Assembly: GCF_009914755.1 (NCBI RefSeq)
Contig: NC_060945.1
Strand: one strand, 5' to 3'
DNA from: the human T2T-CHM13v2.0 reference genome, Homo sapiens
Length of the DNA stretch: 64,000 bases
This document shows, piece by piece, positions 14,541 to 31,690 of the stretch. A program made the translations under genes and the position numbers. Each line of letters starts with the position of its first letter. Positions within the stretch are counted from its first letter, which is position 1. The notes under the pieces were generated by a model that was not told the DNA's origin, ran no database searches, and saw only the letters and a program-made list of their open reading frames with translations.

Positions 14541-15409
14541 TTGAGTAGGAAATTAATTTCTCCCCAGGGTTTGCAGATGGAGGAGGTGTCATTATTGAGG
14601 GCAGTTTTCACCTGATATAATCAAGAGATGCGTATTCTCTAGAGCACCTGAGAATCCAGCTATAGTTTATGCTACTAACTTACAAAGTCATTAGAAAATA
14701 TGCCCCCACTTTCTTCAAGAATATTTGGAGAAATATGGCATGCTTATGTGGCAGACTTTAAGGTGTGAAAATATATAATTGTATGAAAAAATAATACGTA
14801 CTGTAGAAATTTTGAAAATGCAGAAAAGAAAAACTGATCTGTAATCCTTGGTGTGCTTTAAAATAAAATTTATAATTCTACTGACTTAAATTTGGGGAAC
14901 CATTAATCATCTTCATCAAGGACCTTATTTTTGGAGCAGCTAACTTTGCATGTTGAAGCCAAAAGTTAAATGTTGGTAGTCACCTCAATCATTCATTGTG
15001 ATGTAGGGGCATTTAAGCGATATTCCAGGAACTGGGATATTCCGGGGACTGGGATGTCTTTTCTCGTTGCAGGCACCTACCTGAGGGGGTGGGAAACATG
15101 CCTCTGGGGCTCTGGGACTCAGGTGAAGAGGGAGTACAGAAGCCTGGGAGATTCCTCTCTGCTTCGGAACGTCGGTGCCACCCAGTCCATGATGGGCAGC
15201 AGGGGATTTTAAAAAGGGAGCCGGAGAACAGAGAGAGAGAGAGACAGTAAGAGACTCAGTTATCTAAGCTAAATATCCCCCAAGTGCTTCTTGAAAAACT
15301 AGCCCTTTGTCCCTAATGCCCTTGATCTTGATTTTGAAATCTATCAGAAGAATTTGCATAACTGGCATTTGGGCTTCTTTGCTAGATTTTGTATTCCTTT
15401 AATTTAATT

Positions 15410-15742
15410 TGTTTGTTTGTTTGATTTGGTTTTGTTTTAGAGATAAGGTCTTGTTCTGTCACCCAGGCTGGAGTGCCGTGGGTGTGATCATAGCTCACTG
15501 CAGCCTCAAACTCCTGGCTAAAGGGCTCAAGGGATCCTTCCACCTCAGCCTTCCAAGTCGCTGGAAATACAGATACAGGCGCCTGCCAACATGCCTGGCT
15601 GTTTTTTTTTGTGTTATTGTTGTTGGTAAAGTCGTACCTCAGTATGTTACCCAGACTGGTCTTGAACTTCTGGGCTCACACAATCCTCCTGCCTTGACCT
15701 CCCAAGGTGTTGGGATTACAGGTGTGAGACACTGCCCCGGAC
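15410..15742 (-). mobile_element. AluJ
   Basis: Diverged antisense Alu. Confidence 0.88.
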
Positions 15743-16369
15743 CTTCTCTAACTTTTAACACAATTCAAAATACCTATATAAATATTAACATGTATAAACA
15801 CAAATATATATAAATAAACACAAAATACCTATGTAAACAAAGAGCCTGTTATAAACAGATTATTTTGGTTTTTTCCCCAAGCACTTTAAAATAGTTAATA
15901 AACTTCAAGTCAGTGACAAGTAAATAAAATAGTGAGACAATTGGCTTGTTGCAGCCATGAGTATTGAGAAGCCAGCGGCTATTTCCCTACCTCCCTGGAT
16001 GTCAGTGAAACTTTAGATGGCCCATGGCTGGTCAGTTTCTGTTCTTTAGGAGAAACAGGTGGGAAAGAGAGCACACTGGAAACAGCCACTCTTAAAGGCA
16101 TTTCTATTGTATGACAGTTTACTTAAAAATTTTTTTTTAACCTGCCAGGAAAAAAAACAAAGTTGCTCTTTACTTAAAGGCCTCTGTGGCTATTCTGACC
16201 CTTCCAGTTTATTTGTTTGCCAAAAGCCCTTTAAACCCAGCCTCCTCCTAGACTGAGGTGGTGTTTTCTGGGCTTTTCCAGCTCCCAAGAGCTCCTCCCT
16301 CACTTCTTTCGCCTCCTGCTGCTCTGTTACCGGGGCCCCACCTCCCTTGGCCCCAAGGCATCTCTGCAC

Positions 16370-16803
<434 letters not shown>

Positions 16804-18319
16804 TGAATAACTTAGGGTTGGAAATATGGCCAACGTTGGCCTTCAGTTTCTTTTTTGTGTGTAGTCAGCTGTGGCTCTGCAATAAGTATGTGCGCCCTTT
16901 GCTTTCTGCATTTGATTTCATAGTGTTGAAAAAGCATGGAAAGGGTGTAATCTGGATGGCTGGGTGTGAAAAGGGATTCGAGTAAGGAGGCGTGCTTGAC
17001 ACTAGAATTTTTAACATGTGATTTGTGTTGTGTTGCCTTGTGAATATCATAGAAGCAGGGACTTTTTTGTATGTGTTTCTGCCATTCATTCTGCAAGGCT
17101 TAAACTAATTTAAAATTGTAAATAAATGATACTTTGTGTAACACTGTTTGGAGCGGATGATGAACCAGATTGCTAAAATGACTCTGGGGTGTAATCACTT
17201 GTATATGCCATGTAATGATGTAACCATACTGAAAGTGTAAAGTTAGCATGTGTAATCCATTGTTTGAGGAAAGTGATGTCACAGTGACCAGAGCAGACAT
17301 CTCTCAGGCCACAGTTATAAACACTCCAGGCATTCAGACGGCCCCAAAATAAGAGCTGAAAGCCGACCTTCATAACCAGTGCTTTGTCTAATTTTCTTGA
17401 GACCATCTACCTCTTCAATTCTGGCCTTCATTCTGTGCAAGCTGGACCTGCCGTAAGAAATAGGGGTGATGAAGTGACACATTTCTCTTTGGAAATGGGT
17501 CAGACTTTGATTTTAGGCTTGAACCTATATAGTGTCTGTCTGTCTGGAACTGATATTTCGACCAGCATTTTAGCAGCAGTTAGGAAGGCTGTGGAGAGAA
17601 AAAACAGTTTTATTAAACCCAAGAGTTAGAGACCAGCAAGGCGGCTGTTCCTTTTATATCTAGTTTCTGGAGGATCTCAGGTTTCGGCTGGGATTTCAGC
17701 AGCCACTCTGCCAGAAACAGTACCCAGAGTAAGCCATTGGCTGGGGTGACAGCCCCAAAGGCAGCCGCTGAGTGCCACCACTCCCAGCCCCGAAAGTTCA
17801 TGAGGTTTCCAGAGAGGGTGAGAAGAAAGCAAGAGAAAATAGCTTGGCTGTCCCTTTTGCTAAGTACAACTGAGCAGCTATTGTTTTAGTGATCTCTAGA
17901 ACAAATTAGCCGAAAAAGATGAGAACACACTCCAAATGTGAAACTCTGCGAAATCTTTTGTGGCTATTGATGACTGCTGAAACTTTCAGTTGATCTAGAA
18001 GGAGTAAATTTTTTGGCTATTGGATAAAAAATTTTTTTGGGGGGGAAAATGGTTTTGGTGGGCTCTAAATACGTTGTTGATGCTCATTGCTAAAAACTTT
18101 ACCTCTTACCAGCCAGTCCTCTATATATTCTGTAGACCTGGTCTACATATTCTTCAGAAGACAATCAATAAGTTAATGGATTTTTAAGGTTTATTTGATG
18201 TCCTGTGTTCTTGAAGTTTGGGCCCATAATTTAGTTAGCTTCGGATGACCCGGAGAGGCAATGTTCATCCCAGGGTCTTGGAAAAGCCATTAGTTTTGGT
18301 TCCCTAAGCAAATGTTTCA

Positions 18320-18500
18320 GTGCCACTTGTAACTGTATGACCTTGGGAAAGTTATTTCACCTTGTTAAGCCTCAATTTCCTTGTCTGTAAAATGAGGATA
18401 AGAATAGTGCCTACATCATAGTGTTGTCATGAGGACTGATGAAATGATGTGCGTGGGTGCCCCGCATGGTGTCAAGTGTTTATCAGCACTCAAGAAATAT
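18320..18500 (+). mobile_element. MIR
   Basis: MIR core tgaccttgggaaagttatttcacctt...ctcaatttccttgtctgtaaaatgaggata. Confidence 0.8.
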
Positions 18501-19519
18501 TCTAATGATTAGTGAATGTTATTTATACTTACTAGCTGCTATTAGTTAATATTAGTTGCTACTATAATTGTTATTATTAGTTAGTTAATGAATATTAATT
18601 AGGATTTCAGTTACAATTATTAGTTACTATAATTATTAGCTAATATTATTTAGTAGATCGGGGTCTATGATCAGTATGTGTGAGAAGAATTTTCCAGAAC
18701 CACATACATGGGAGAATTTCTGCCTTAGCCGTAAGAATGAGAATTGATTATCCCTGCGGTGTCAGTGCTAATGATTTTTCATGGGTAGAGAAATTTCACT
18801 CAAAACTTCTTGGCAGGAAAACCCTAGAGTGGCTTCTTGTGCCCATGCTACTGTGTGGCAGTCAGTCTGCCAAGCCTTTCCTACTTATTTCTTCAGCCTG
18901 TACATTTAAAAAATGGATTCTTGCCTGATACCTCATCAGTAAGGGCATTCTGACTTCTGTTGGTTGAATGAAATAAATGAGAAAGGAAAAGCAAATTGTA
19001 ATCTCCTTATGAGGAATTAAATACATGCAGCTGTGTATTACATCTCAATTTTAATAGTTGACTTCAAAGAGCTGTGGCACATTTTACCACGTTCTGGACG
19101 GATTTGGGTTAAGAGACCCTGGGGAGCAGGAGAGGGCGCGTGACTTCTTCTAGGACCCTCCTCTCTTCCAGAAGGCCACAGTGGGGCAGGGGGGACAAAG
19201 GGAGAGAGGACAGTCCCTGCCGTCTCCAAGATGCACAGCCCCTGGAACCGATCTTTAAGGACAGACCCTCATAGTGGCTCTTGGGCTTCACAGTCCTTTC
19301 TCCATTTTGACTGACAGTGTAAATATCGTGGGAAAAATATGACTCTTGAATTAGATCGTTGAGTGTCATTCTTGGAAAATTCATTCATTTATTGGAGCCT
19401 CAGCATTGTTATAAAATAGCCATCCAAATACCTACCTAGATGGCCCGTGTGACAGTGCACTGGGATGGTAGTGTGCTATGTGGTGCCTGACAGTGCAGGT
19501 TTTCAGCCTAAGGTACAAA

Positions 19520-19700
19520 ATGCTTTTCCATGCATCATCTTCTTCAGTTCCCACCAAAACACTGTGAGGAAGGCATTGTTACATCCAGTTTGCAGATGAA
19601 GAAATTGGAGATCAGAGCCCTTGCTCAGAAAGCAGCCTTCCAAGCTAGGATGGAAACACAGGTCGTCTCTGGCTCGAATCCAGTGTGCTTTATACTACAG
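19520..19700 (-). mobile_element. MIR
   Basis: ccagtttgcagatgaagaaattggag antisense MIR core. Confidence 0.6.
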
Positions 19701-21161
19701 TACAGTGATCTCAGTTGGAAAGTCTCCTAACTGTACAAGACAATAAACGAGAGGTGCCAAGTGAGTGGCAATAAGAGGTGCTGCTGTCAGATCACTCTGA
19801 CACAGTCTAGTAGCTAACAGTGTCTGGGTGACTTTAGGACAGAGAACAATACTTTCTTATAAGTAAATGTAACAGGATAGGAAAACGGAGCTCTCTGAGT
19901 CTTCACTGAGGTCCCAAAGGCTCCAAACAATGACACACACCCCAAATACCCCCAGATCCTGTAGAGCCACTACTCAGGACAGACAGTGCAGCCTGGGGGG
20001 CCAGCATGGGCCATGGCACCCTGGAGGGTGGAGAAGGGGCAAAGGGGGAGAGGTGAAGAGTAGGAGTGTGTCCATGATGGGAACTGATGGGGTGCTATGC
20101 ACACCCCTCCCTCTGGGCCATAAAGAGATGGACTCTTCCAAGAGCTGATACTGTGTCCCTGGGAGTCAGCTCAGCAGGCGCTGTGAGGAGCTGCACTTTG
20201 CAGGCCCACAGGAGCTCCTTGATCAGGGACCCTGCAAGGGGGAGGATTTTGGAGGAGAGGGGCCCCATGCTAGAGCCAGGGCACAGGGGTGCAGCAAGAC
20301 GACAGTGCCGGCCAGGTTAGCTCATGTGCTCACTCCCCTCTTCCCTCCTCTGGCCTGGATCCTAAGACCCTTTTCTGCAGGCTCCCAGCCCAGGCAGAAC
20401 TCAAGTGCCCTGAATAGCGTGATAAGCAATGCACTGGGCTCTGTTTAAATGACTAGTGTTTGGGGGATTACAGGGGGCAAACAGATTTCATTTTTCTTCT
20501 TCTTTTTCTCCTTTTTTGGGGATGAGGGCTGAGAAATGGCACTTAACACAATGCCATGCGTCCAACAGTCCCGCAATGGACCTGGATGCAATTGCCTGTC
20601 TTGTGAAGCTTAATCGCAAGCATGGTCTTCCCTTCCCATTGTCTCCATCTCTTTTTGCCTTTCTAATAGAAGAAACATAAGTCAAGACTTTTGGAAATAT
20701 TTTTCATCTATTCCAAAATTATGGAATAAAATATAGCTTTTTTCCCATCCCACATCAAGCCCTGAGGCATGGTTGATAGAAATAATGTTGGTGAGGTGGC
20801 TTGGACCTGGGCCAGCTGCCTCCCAGGCCAATTCGTGCTCCCAAGAGGGTATCTTAGAAGGCTTTGGAGAAAGAGCAGACAGGGGTTTGGACCGAATAAA
20901 GGAGTTGCCTTCTGAATAGTTAATTAAAAGTAAAACTGCCTAAAATGAAGGCATCTCTACTCTTTGAAACAGCAAAGTCGTCTCTGAAAAGATGTAAGGG
21001 AATAAGTGCTTTATAAAATGGCGTGAATAGTTATGGACAGGTTGGAAAAGATGTGTAGAGAATGCGATTAATTAAAACGATGATTTAGTCCAACAACCTG
21101 TCATCAGGTCTGATGGGATTTTGTAATGTTGAAAATTCAGCCGTGAAGCTGTGGAATTTGG

Positions 21162-21251
21162 AGCAGTTTCCATGTGGGCTAGCAGTTTCCGTGCGGGGTA
21201 GCAGTTTCCATGCGGGGTAGCAGATTCCATGCGGGGTAGCAGATCTATGTG
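21162..21251. repeat. 19-bp minisatellite, about 4.7 copies
   Basis: Units AGCAGTTTCCATGCGGGGT starting at 21162, 21181, 21200, 21219, 21238. Confidence 0.9.
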
Positions 21252-21745
21252 CCAGGCATCCACGGCACAGCTGTGGGAGGAGGGCACCTTGGTGGGGAGC
21301 ACGCACCTCCTCCTTTGGTTCTCATAGGCCTGATCCTGGGGAATTACCAGAGTCCATATGCCAGAAGTTTAAGAGAAATTCCATCATTCCACACCTTTCT
21401 GTCTATCTATATTTATTTGTCCGTGCTTGCCCCAAACTGCAGTACCTTTGTTGGCCTGAGTCTTACAGATTGAGTAAGTGTTGTGTTGTGGCAAACAGAG
21501 CCTTTAATTTATTGATCCACTGTCTTTAGTTCCATTGTCTTTTTTATATTGATGGTATAAGTGTTAATTAAATTAAATGCGTGATTACCATTTATATAAG
21601 TTTATATGTGATTTGTATACTTATTTATATAAAATTTTATAATATATATTGACTGTCAATTTTGTTTTAAAAATTAACATAGTAAATATAAAATTTAAAA
21701 AAATTAAGAATTACTTGATATTAATTTATATTATATACCATATAT

Positions 21746-22221
21746 AATCAAATCACCATCAAGACCAAATTATATATAAATCATATAAATTATGTATATT
21801 ATGTAAGTTATATTACATTATATTATATAAATTATATAAAAATCATATATAGTTAAATATAAAAATCTTATATGATTATTATATTATATTGTTATATATA
21901 AAAGTCATATATAAGATTATTATAGTTACATATATAAATCTTATTATATATAAGATTATTATATATTATATAGTTACATCTATAAATCTTATATATAAGA
22001 TTATTATATATTATATAGTTATATATAAATCTTATATATAAGATTATTATATATTATATAGTTATATATAAATCTTATGTATAAGATTATATATTATATA
22101 GTTATATATATAAATCTTATATATATGATTATTATATATTATATAGTTATATATAAATCTTATATATAAGATTATTATATATTATATAGTTATATAATTT
22201 GGTCTTGGAGGTGATTTGGTT
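21746..22221. repeat. AT-rich array (about 43-bp unit in its right part) bounded by 31-bp inverted arms
   Basis: aatctt recurs at 21985, 22028, 22071 (period 43); flanking arms 21746-21776 and 22191-22221 are reverse complements. Confidence 0.85.
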
Positions 22222-22275
22222 CTAGGGCTTAAGTATCCAGATTTGTCTTACCTTTCCTTATATTATGAAACACCC

Positions 22276-22600
22276 AGCCGGGCACTGTGGGTCTTGCCTG
22301 TAATCCCAGCACTTTAGGAGGCTGAGGCAGGTGGATCACTTGAGCCCAGGATTTTGAGACCAGCCTGGGCAGCATGGTGAAACTCCATCTCTACCAAAAA
22401 TTAGCCAGACGTGGTGGTGTGCGTCCATAGTGCCAGCTATTCGGGAGGCTGAGGTGGGAGAATCACTTGACCCTGGGGAGATTGAGACTGCAGTGAGCCA
22501 AGATCGTGCCACTGCGCTCCAGCCTGGGCAACAGAGGGAGACCCTGTGTCAAAAGAAAAAACAAGAAACAAAAAAAACAAGAAACAAAAAACCCCAAACA
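22276..22600 (+). mobile_element. AluJ
   Basis: Sense Alu with long degenerate A-tail; flanking repeat gaaacaccc. Confidence 0.9.
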
Positions 22601-22940
22601 AAGAAACACCCTAACACCCTATACATGAGTCATTAAATTTGTCAAAAGTGAATAAAATAGATATTTTGGTTTACATGTCTCTAAGAAAGGAGTTGAGTTT
22701 AGTTAAAAGAGGGTTTGCATCCAGATATTAGATTTGGGATAGACATGTACCTTTTACAGCGTTTGTTTGAAACCCTCAAAGTGTAGTCCTTCTTGTAAAC
22801 AAGGCACATGAAAATGACAAGGGGCTCTTGTGCTCTGTAAAACATTTTTGTGAGTTGTTTTTATATGAGATGGTATTCTATTCAGAAGACTTTTAAAAAA
22901 TTGAGATATTAGATACTGTCATGTCAAAGAAAATTTTTAA

Positions 22941-24496
<1,556 letters not shown>

Positions 24497-25117
24497 TGAT
24501 TACACTTTTTGTAAGTTTCTCCCTGTGGTTATTAAAATGGGGTCCACACAGTCTGCTGTAACTTATTTGCCAGTGTTTATAAAAGATGGCATCATACATT
24601 TTCAGGAGTGAATTCTTTGAAGAGAGAAAATTGTAATTGCTTTTGTAATTGTTTATGGGGAAGGAGTTCTAAGTGTGAGAGATGGCCACGTTGGTAAGAA
24701 ATGGCTACTGGCAGATACAGTCATTACGTGTTACACAGGTAGAGAAAGGACATTCAACCATGTTCCCTTAGGTGTGGCTGCACTGAACTCAGAGAGGAGC
24801 CAGGTGTGAGTAGGAAAGGAGGAATCTGTGGGAGAAAAGGGTTGTTTTGTTGTGTGGCTTTTTTATGTGCTGGGAGAAACATCCTCCAGCTTTTTCTAGC
24901 CTCTGCTTGTGCCCTTCCCCTCCAGTAGTCTCTATGTGAGCTTTTTAATCTCCTGTAATATTTCTAAAGCTACTTTTAGTTCAATGTGACTAATACTCTT
25001 ATTTTCATAACTGAATGAAATGCATTTTAGTGTGGGTATACTTGATATTTGAATTTCATAGTAAAGCATCTTTTTTATTTTATTATTTTGCTTTATTTTT
25101 TAAAAATTAAACTAAAA

Positions 25118-25580
25118 AATTTTTTTTGAGACAGAGTCTCACTCTGTCGCCCAGGCTGGAGTGCAGGGCTTACTGCAACCTCCGCCTCCCAGGTTCAAGT
25201 GATTCTACTGCCTCAGCCTCCCGAGTAGCAGAGATTTCAGGCGCATGCCACCACGCCTGGGTAATTTTTGTATGTTTAGTAGAGATGGGGTTTCACCATG
25301 TTGGTCAGGCTGGTCTCGAACTCCTGACCTCGTGATCCACCCACCTTGGCCTCCCAAAGTGTTGGGATTACAGGTGTGAGCCACCGCACCCAGCCTTCTA
25401 TTCTTCTTTAAACAAAATTTTTATTTTATTTTTAAGAGACAGGGTCCCGCTTTGTCACCCAAGCTGGAGTGCAGTGGCATGATCAGCACACTGTAACCTC
25501 GAACTCCTGGGCTCAAGCAATCCTTTTGTCTCAGCCTTCCAAAATGCTGGGATTATAGGCGTGAGCCACATTGTCTGGCC
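25118..25580 (-). mobile_element. AluS (25118-25395) plus FLAM/partial Alu (25420-25580)
   Basis: Antisense Alu consensus motifs. Confidence 0.88.
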
Positions 25581-25668
25581 TCTTTTTTCTCTTCTTTCCC
25601 TTTTCCCAATCCCTTGTCTTCCCAATTCTGACTTACTTTTTGGCCATTAAAGCTTTGCAAAAAATTAA

Positions 25669-26443
<775 letters not shown>

Positions 26444-26464
26444 AGTTGATTATACAATAATTAA

Positions 26465-26791
<327 letters not shown>

Positions 26792-26980
26792 TAAGCATTG
26801 ATGATACTAAAATTTCAGAATTTAAATAGTCATTTGGTTGACCCTTTATAACAAAGAGGTGTGATTCTATTATTTTCCTTGTTTGAATACTTAACAAAAT
26901 TATTTGTGTTGTATAGTATAACTAGAGGAAGGATTTAATTTTTGTAAATGTAAGCAAAATATTTTTCATAAACAGCCTAA

Positions 26981-27205
<225 letters not shown>

Positions 27206-27539
27206 TAAAAATCCTGCTGTGTGTGTGTTTATTAGAAATTTTCTAAAGCAGATTAAGTTTGAGTCAGCATTTGAAATTATTCACAACTGTCAGGTCATGG
27301 TCTATTTCTGCCATCCAATAGCTGGATGGTAGATCCGTTATGAATAATCAATATTTAAGATTTAGAAAAGGACAGAAACAATATCATGATGATTCAGAAG
27401 TTTTGGGGATTATTTCAGGTTCTTTGTTTTATTTTGAAGAATTGAGGTCACATGTTCAGAAAATACATACATTTAGCTAGGAATTCTGTTCAGCCTTGCA
27501 GTGTGCACACACGTGTATCTGCAGAGGAACATGGTAAGT

Positions 27540-27808
27540 TTTCTCTGTCGCCCAGGCTGGAGTGTAGTGGTGCAATCATGGCTCACTGCAGCCTCTTTCT
27601 CTTGGGCTCAAGCGATCCTCTCACTTCAGCCTCTTGAGTAGCTGGGACTGCAGGAGTGCAGTACTCCACCCAGCTAATTTCTAAATTTTTTGTAGAGACA
27701 GGGTCTCCCTATGTTGCCCAGGCTGCTCTGGAACTCCTGGCCTCAAGTGATCCTCCTGCCTTGGCCTCCCAAAGTGCTGGGACTACAGGTGTGAGCCACG
27801 GTGCCCAG
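27540..27808 (-). mobile_element. AluJ
   Basis: Antisense Alu without poly-T tail. Confidence 0.88.
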
Positions 27809-28254
27809 CAAGTTTTCACTTTTATAAAATTGATTTGTAGAAATAAAGTCTTACTATAGATACAAGATACATTTGTGTAACTTTAATTAGTTTGAAAACT
27901 GTTCTGGGCATTTTGGTTATAACAACAATTTTGTTTTATACATTTGATAGTTCATTTCACCATGAGATCACTTTTTTTCCCCAGAGTTTATAGATCATAC
28001 TTAATAAATCAAGTCGTTGGAAAGAAATATTTTTAAAAAAGGACTTCAGAATATGAGAACTGAAAATTAACTTAGAGGTCATCTAAGCCATCTAGGGTTT
28101 TTGCAGATGAGGAAATGAGAGCTGTGTGAAGTAGAGGGAATGTCTCAGCGCCATGCGCCTGGGACTGCTGGAGCCAGGTGGAGGAATCTTATCTGACCTC
28201 TTCTCTTGCTGCACAGAACTGCTGGTTCTTTAGGTTACTTTTTTAAAAAATTGT

Positions 28255-28432
28255 TTACTGCCACTGTCTGTTTTATAAATTTATAAATGAATGTCCACAC
28301 TCATTCATTTACCTATTGTCTGTGGCTGATTTAGCACCATGGCAGATTTGAATAGATGCAGCAGAGGCCATATGATCCACAAAGCCAAGAAGATTTACTA
28401 TCTGCTTGTTCACAGAAAAGTTTGCGGACCTC
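28255..28432. mobile_element. MER58-like hAT DNA transposon fragment
   Basis: ccacaaagccaagaagatttactatctg...acagaaaagtttgcggacct. Confidence 0.7.
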
Positions 28433-28468
28433 TCATTTGAAGGATGAATTGTGTAGTTGTTGGGGGCT

Positions 28469-29215
<747 letters not shown>

Positions 29216-29604
29216 AGAGGGCTATACAAACTTATGTGGTTGTGTTAGCATTCTTCAGAGGCTTAACCAAAAGTCCTGTGGGTGTGGAAGTATTTTCAAA
29301 CAATCTTAATGTGGTAGCATATATTAAGGTGAACATGTGGTCCAGTTCAAATTCCTCCTCACCCCTCGCTCCTGTCCTACCCACATCTTCCCCACCTTCC
29401 TTTACCTGACCCACATTTCTCAAAATTGTGGCTCTTGTTGGATAAGGAAAGGGATAATATTTTTTTAGGGGGGATGGTGGTGATGAGGAATTTTATTTCT
29501 TATAAAATCATTTCTATTATATAATTGAAAAATTAATATATATGCCCACTGAAAAATTAAGGTGATTCAAAATGGTCTCTAGTGAAAATTATTCCCCTCC
29601 ATTT

Positions 29605-29825
29605 CTATTTATTATTTATTTATTTAAGAGAGAGAGTCTTGCTGTGTTGCCCAGGCTGGAGTGCAGTGGTGCAATCATGCCTGGGTAATTTTTAATTTTT
29701 AAAATTTTTTGTAGTGACAAAGGGGTCTCACTGTGTTGCCCAGGCTGGTCTTGAACACCTGGCCTCAGGCAAACTCCTGGCCTCCCAAAGTATTGGGATT
29801 ACAGGCATGAGCCACTGTGCCTGGT
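29605..29825 (-). mobile_element. Internally deleted AluJ
   Basis: Antisense Alu motifs with missing segments. Confidence 0.8.
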
Positions 29826-30213
29826 ATCCCCTCCAATTTCTGACCCCTGTCATTCTGGCTACCTTCCCCTGAGCCAGGCTGGCTCTGTGGGCCTGTGATC
29901 TGGGATACCACACAGGACCCCATCCACAGGAGGGCTCTGTACTTGTTTAATGTTCTCCTATTGCTGTCCTGAAATTCTCAACCATTTTTGAAGGAAGGGC
30001 CTCATGTTTTCATCTTGCACTGGCTCTTTTGAATTCTGTAGCTCGTCCTACTCTGAGGCAGCCAGTGTTGGCAATTTCGTGTTTGGGTTTGCAGAAATTT
30101 TATATGTAGATTTACAACTGAATGTCATTTAAAAAATCAGAGTGTATCATATACGACTTTGTTTTCTTGACTTAATAACTGCATCTCAGAGTTCACAGTA
30201 TAGCTGCCCATGC

Positions 30214-30516
<303 letters not shown>

Positions 30517-30519
30517 TGC

Positions 30520-31690
30520 CCCATATTTTAATGTCTGCAAAATGTTCCATTGTGTGTGACAATTTTTTGGCTTGGTCCTCTAATGAAAAACATTCAGGTT
30601 GTTTTCAGCCTCTCCCCCTTACAAACAGTGCTGTAGGAATTATCTTTATACATAACAGATCTTTGTATCCGGTATGAGTGTGTATATATATATGTAGGAT
30701 AAATTCCTGGAAGACATCTGAGTTAAAGTACATACGCGTCTCACATTTTGATCAATATTGGCAAATGCTCCTCTGTTGCAGTTGTACTAGTTTACATTTC
30801 CACCAGCTGAGTTTGAGAGTGGCTAGTTCTCCGTGACTTTGACAACACTGTGCATAGCATACTTTTGGAACTTTGACAATCTGTTTGGTAAAACATGAAT
30901 TCTCATTGCTTCTACCTGGATTTCTTTCTTTATGGGTAAATTGAACATCTTTTAAAACTACATTTATAAATTATCTGTGCTTTTTCTATGATTTACCTAT
31001 GCATATTCTTTGCTGTTTTCCAATTGGGTTATAGGTAATGTTTACTGGTTTGTAAGAGTCTTTGCATATGAAAGAAAGTAGCCCTTTGACCATATGTATT
31101 ACTTCATTCTCACGCTGCTAATAAAGACGTACCCAGGACTGGGTAATTTATAAAGGAAAGAGGTTTAATTGACTCACAGTTCAGCATGGCTGGAAAGGCC
31201 TCAGGAAACTTACAATCATGGTGGAATGGGAAGGAAGCATGCCCTTCTTCACATGACCACAGCAGAGAGAAGTGCAGAGTGAAGATGGGGAAAAGCCCCT
31301 TATAAAACCATCAGATCTCATGAGAACTCACTCACTATCATGAGAACAGCATGAGGGAACCACTCCCATAATTCAGTTACCTCTGACTGGGTCCCTTCTA
31401 TGAGACAGATTATGGGAACTACAATTCAAGATGAAATTTGGGTGGGGACACAGCCAAACCATATCACCATAGATGTTGCAAATATTTCCTCCACATTTCT
31501 TACTTGTCTTTTGACTTTCAAAAGGGATTTTTTTTTTGCAATGCAGAACTTAAATTTTTTTTGTGTAGCCAAATATATTAAATCTTTTCTCTTTGTGATT
31601 CCTGAATTCAGATTTTTGTTAAGGAAAGCTTTCTGTGCTCAGAAATTATCAGAAGAATCATCTCATGTTTCCTTCTAGTACTTTTCCAGG
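30520..31690 (-). mobile_element. Old L1 (L1M-type) fragment
   Basis: T-rich antisense L1 ORF2-end motifs (tttacatttccaccagc, gttgcaaatatttcctcc). Confidence 0.65.
31095..31466 (-). mobile_element. THE1 solo LTR
   Basis: tgtatta...gactgggtaatttataaaggaaagagg...ggggacacagccaaaccatatca; 5-bp TSD CCATA on both sides. Confidence 0.92.

Noticed and set aside
15073-15122. Possible 50-nt plus-strand cassette exon between the two SH3BGR promoters
   Set aside because: Good acceptor but weak donor (CAG|GTGAAG); unsupported without RNA data.
21162-21251. Short direct repeats as a CRISPR-like array
   Set aside because: Head-to-tail units with no unique spacers; human context with no cas genes.
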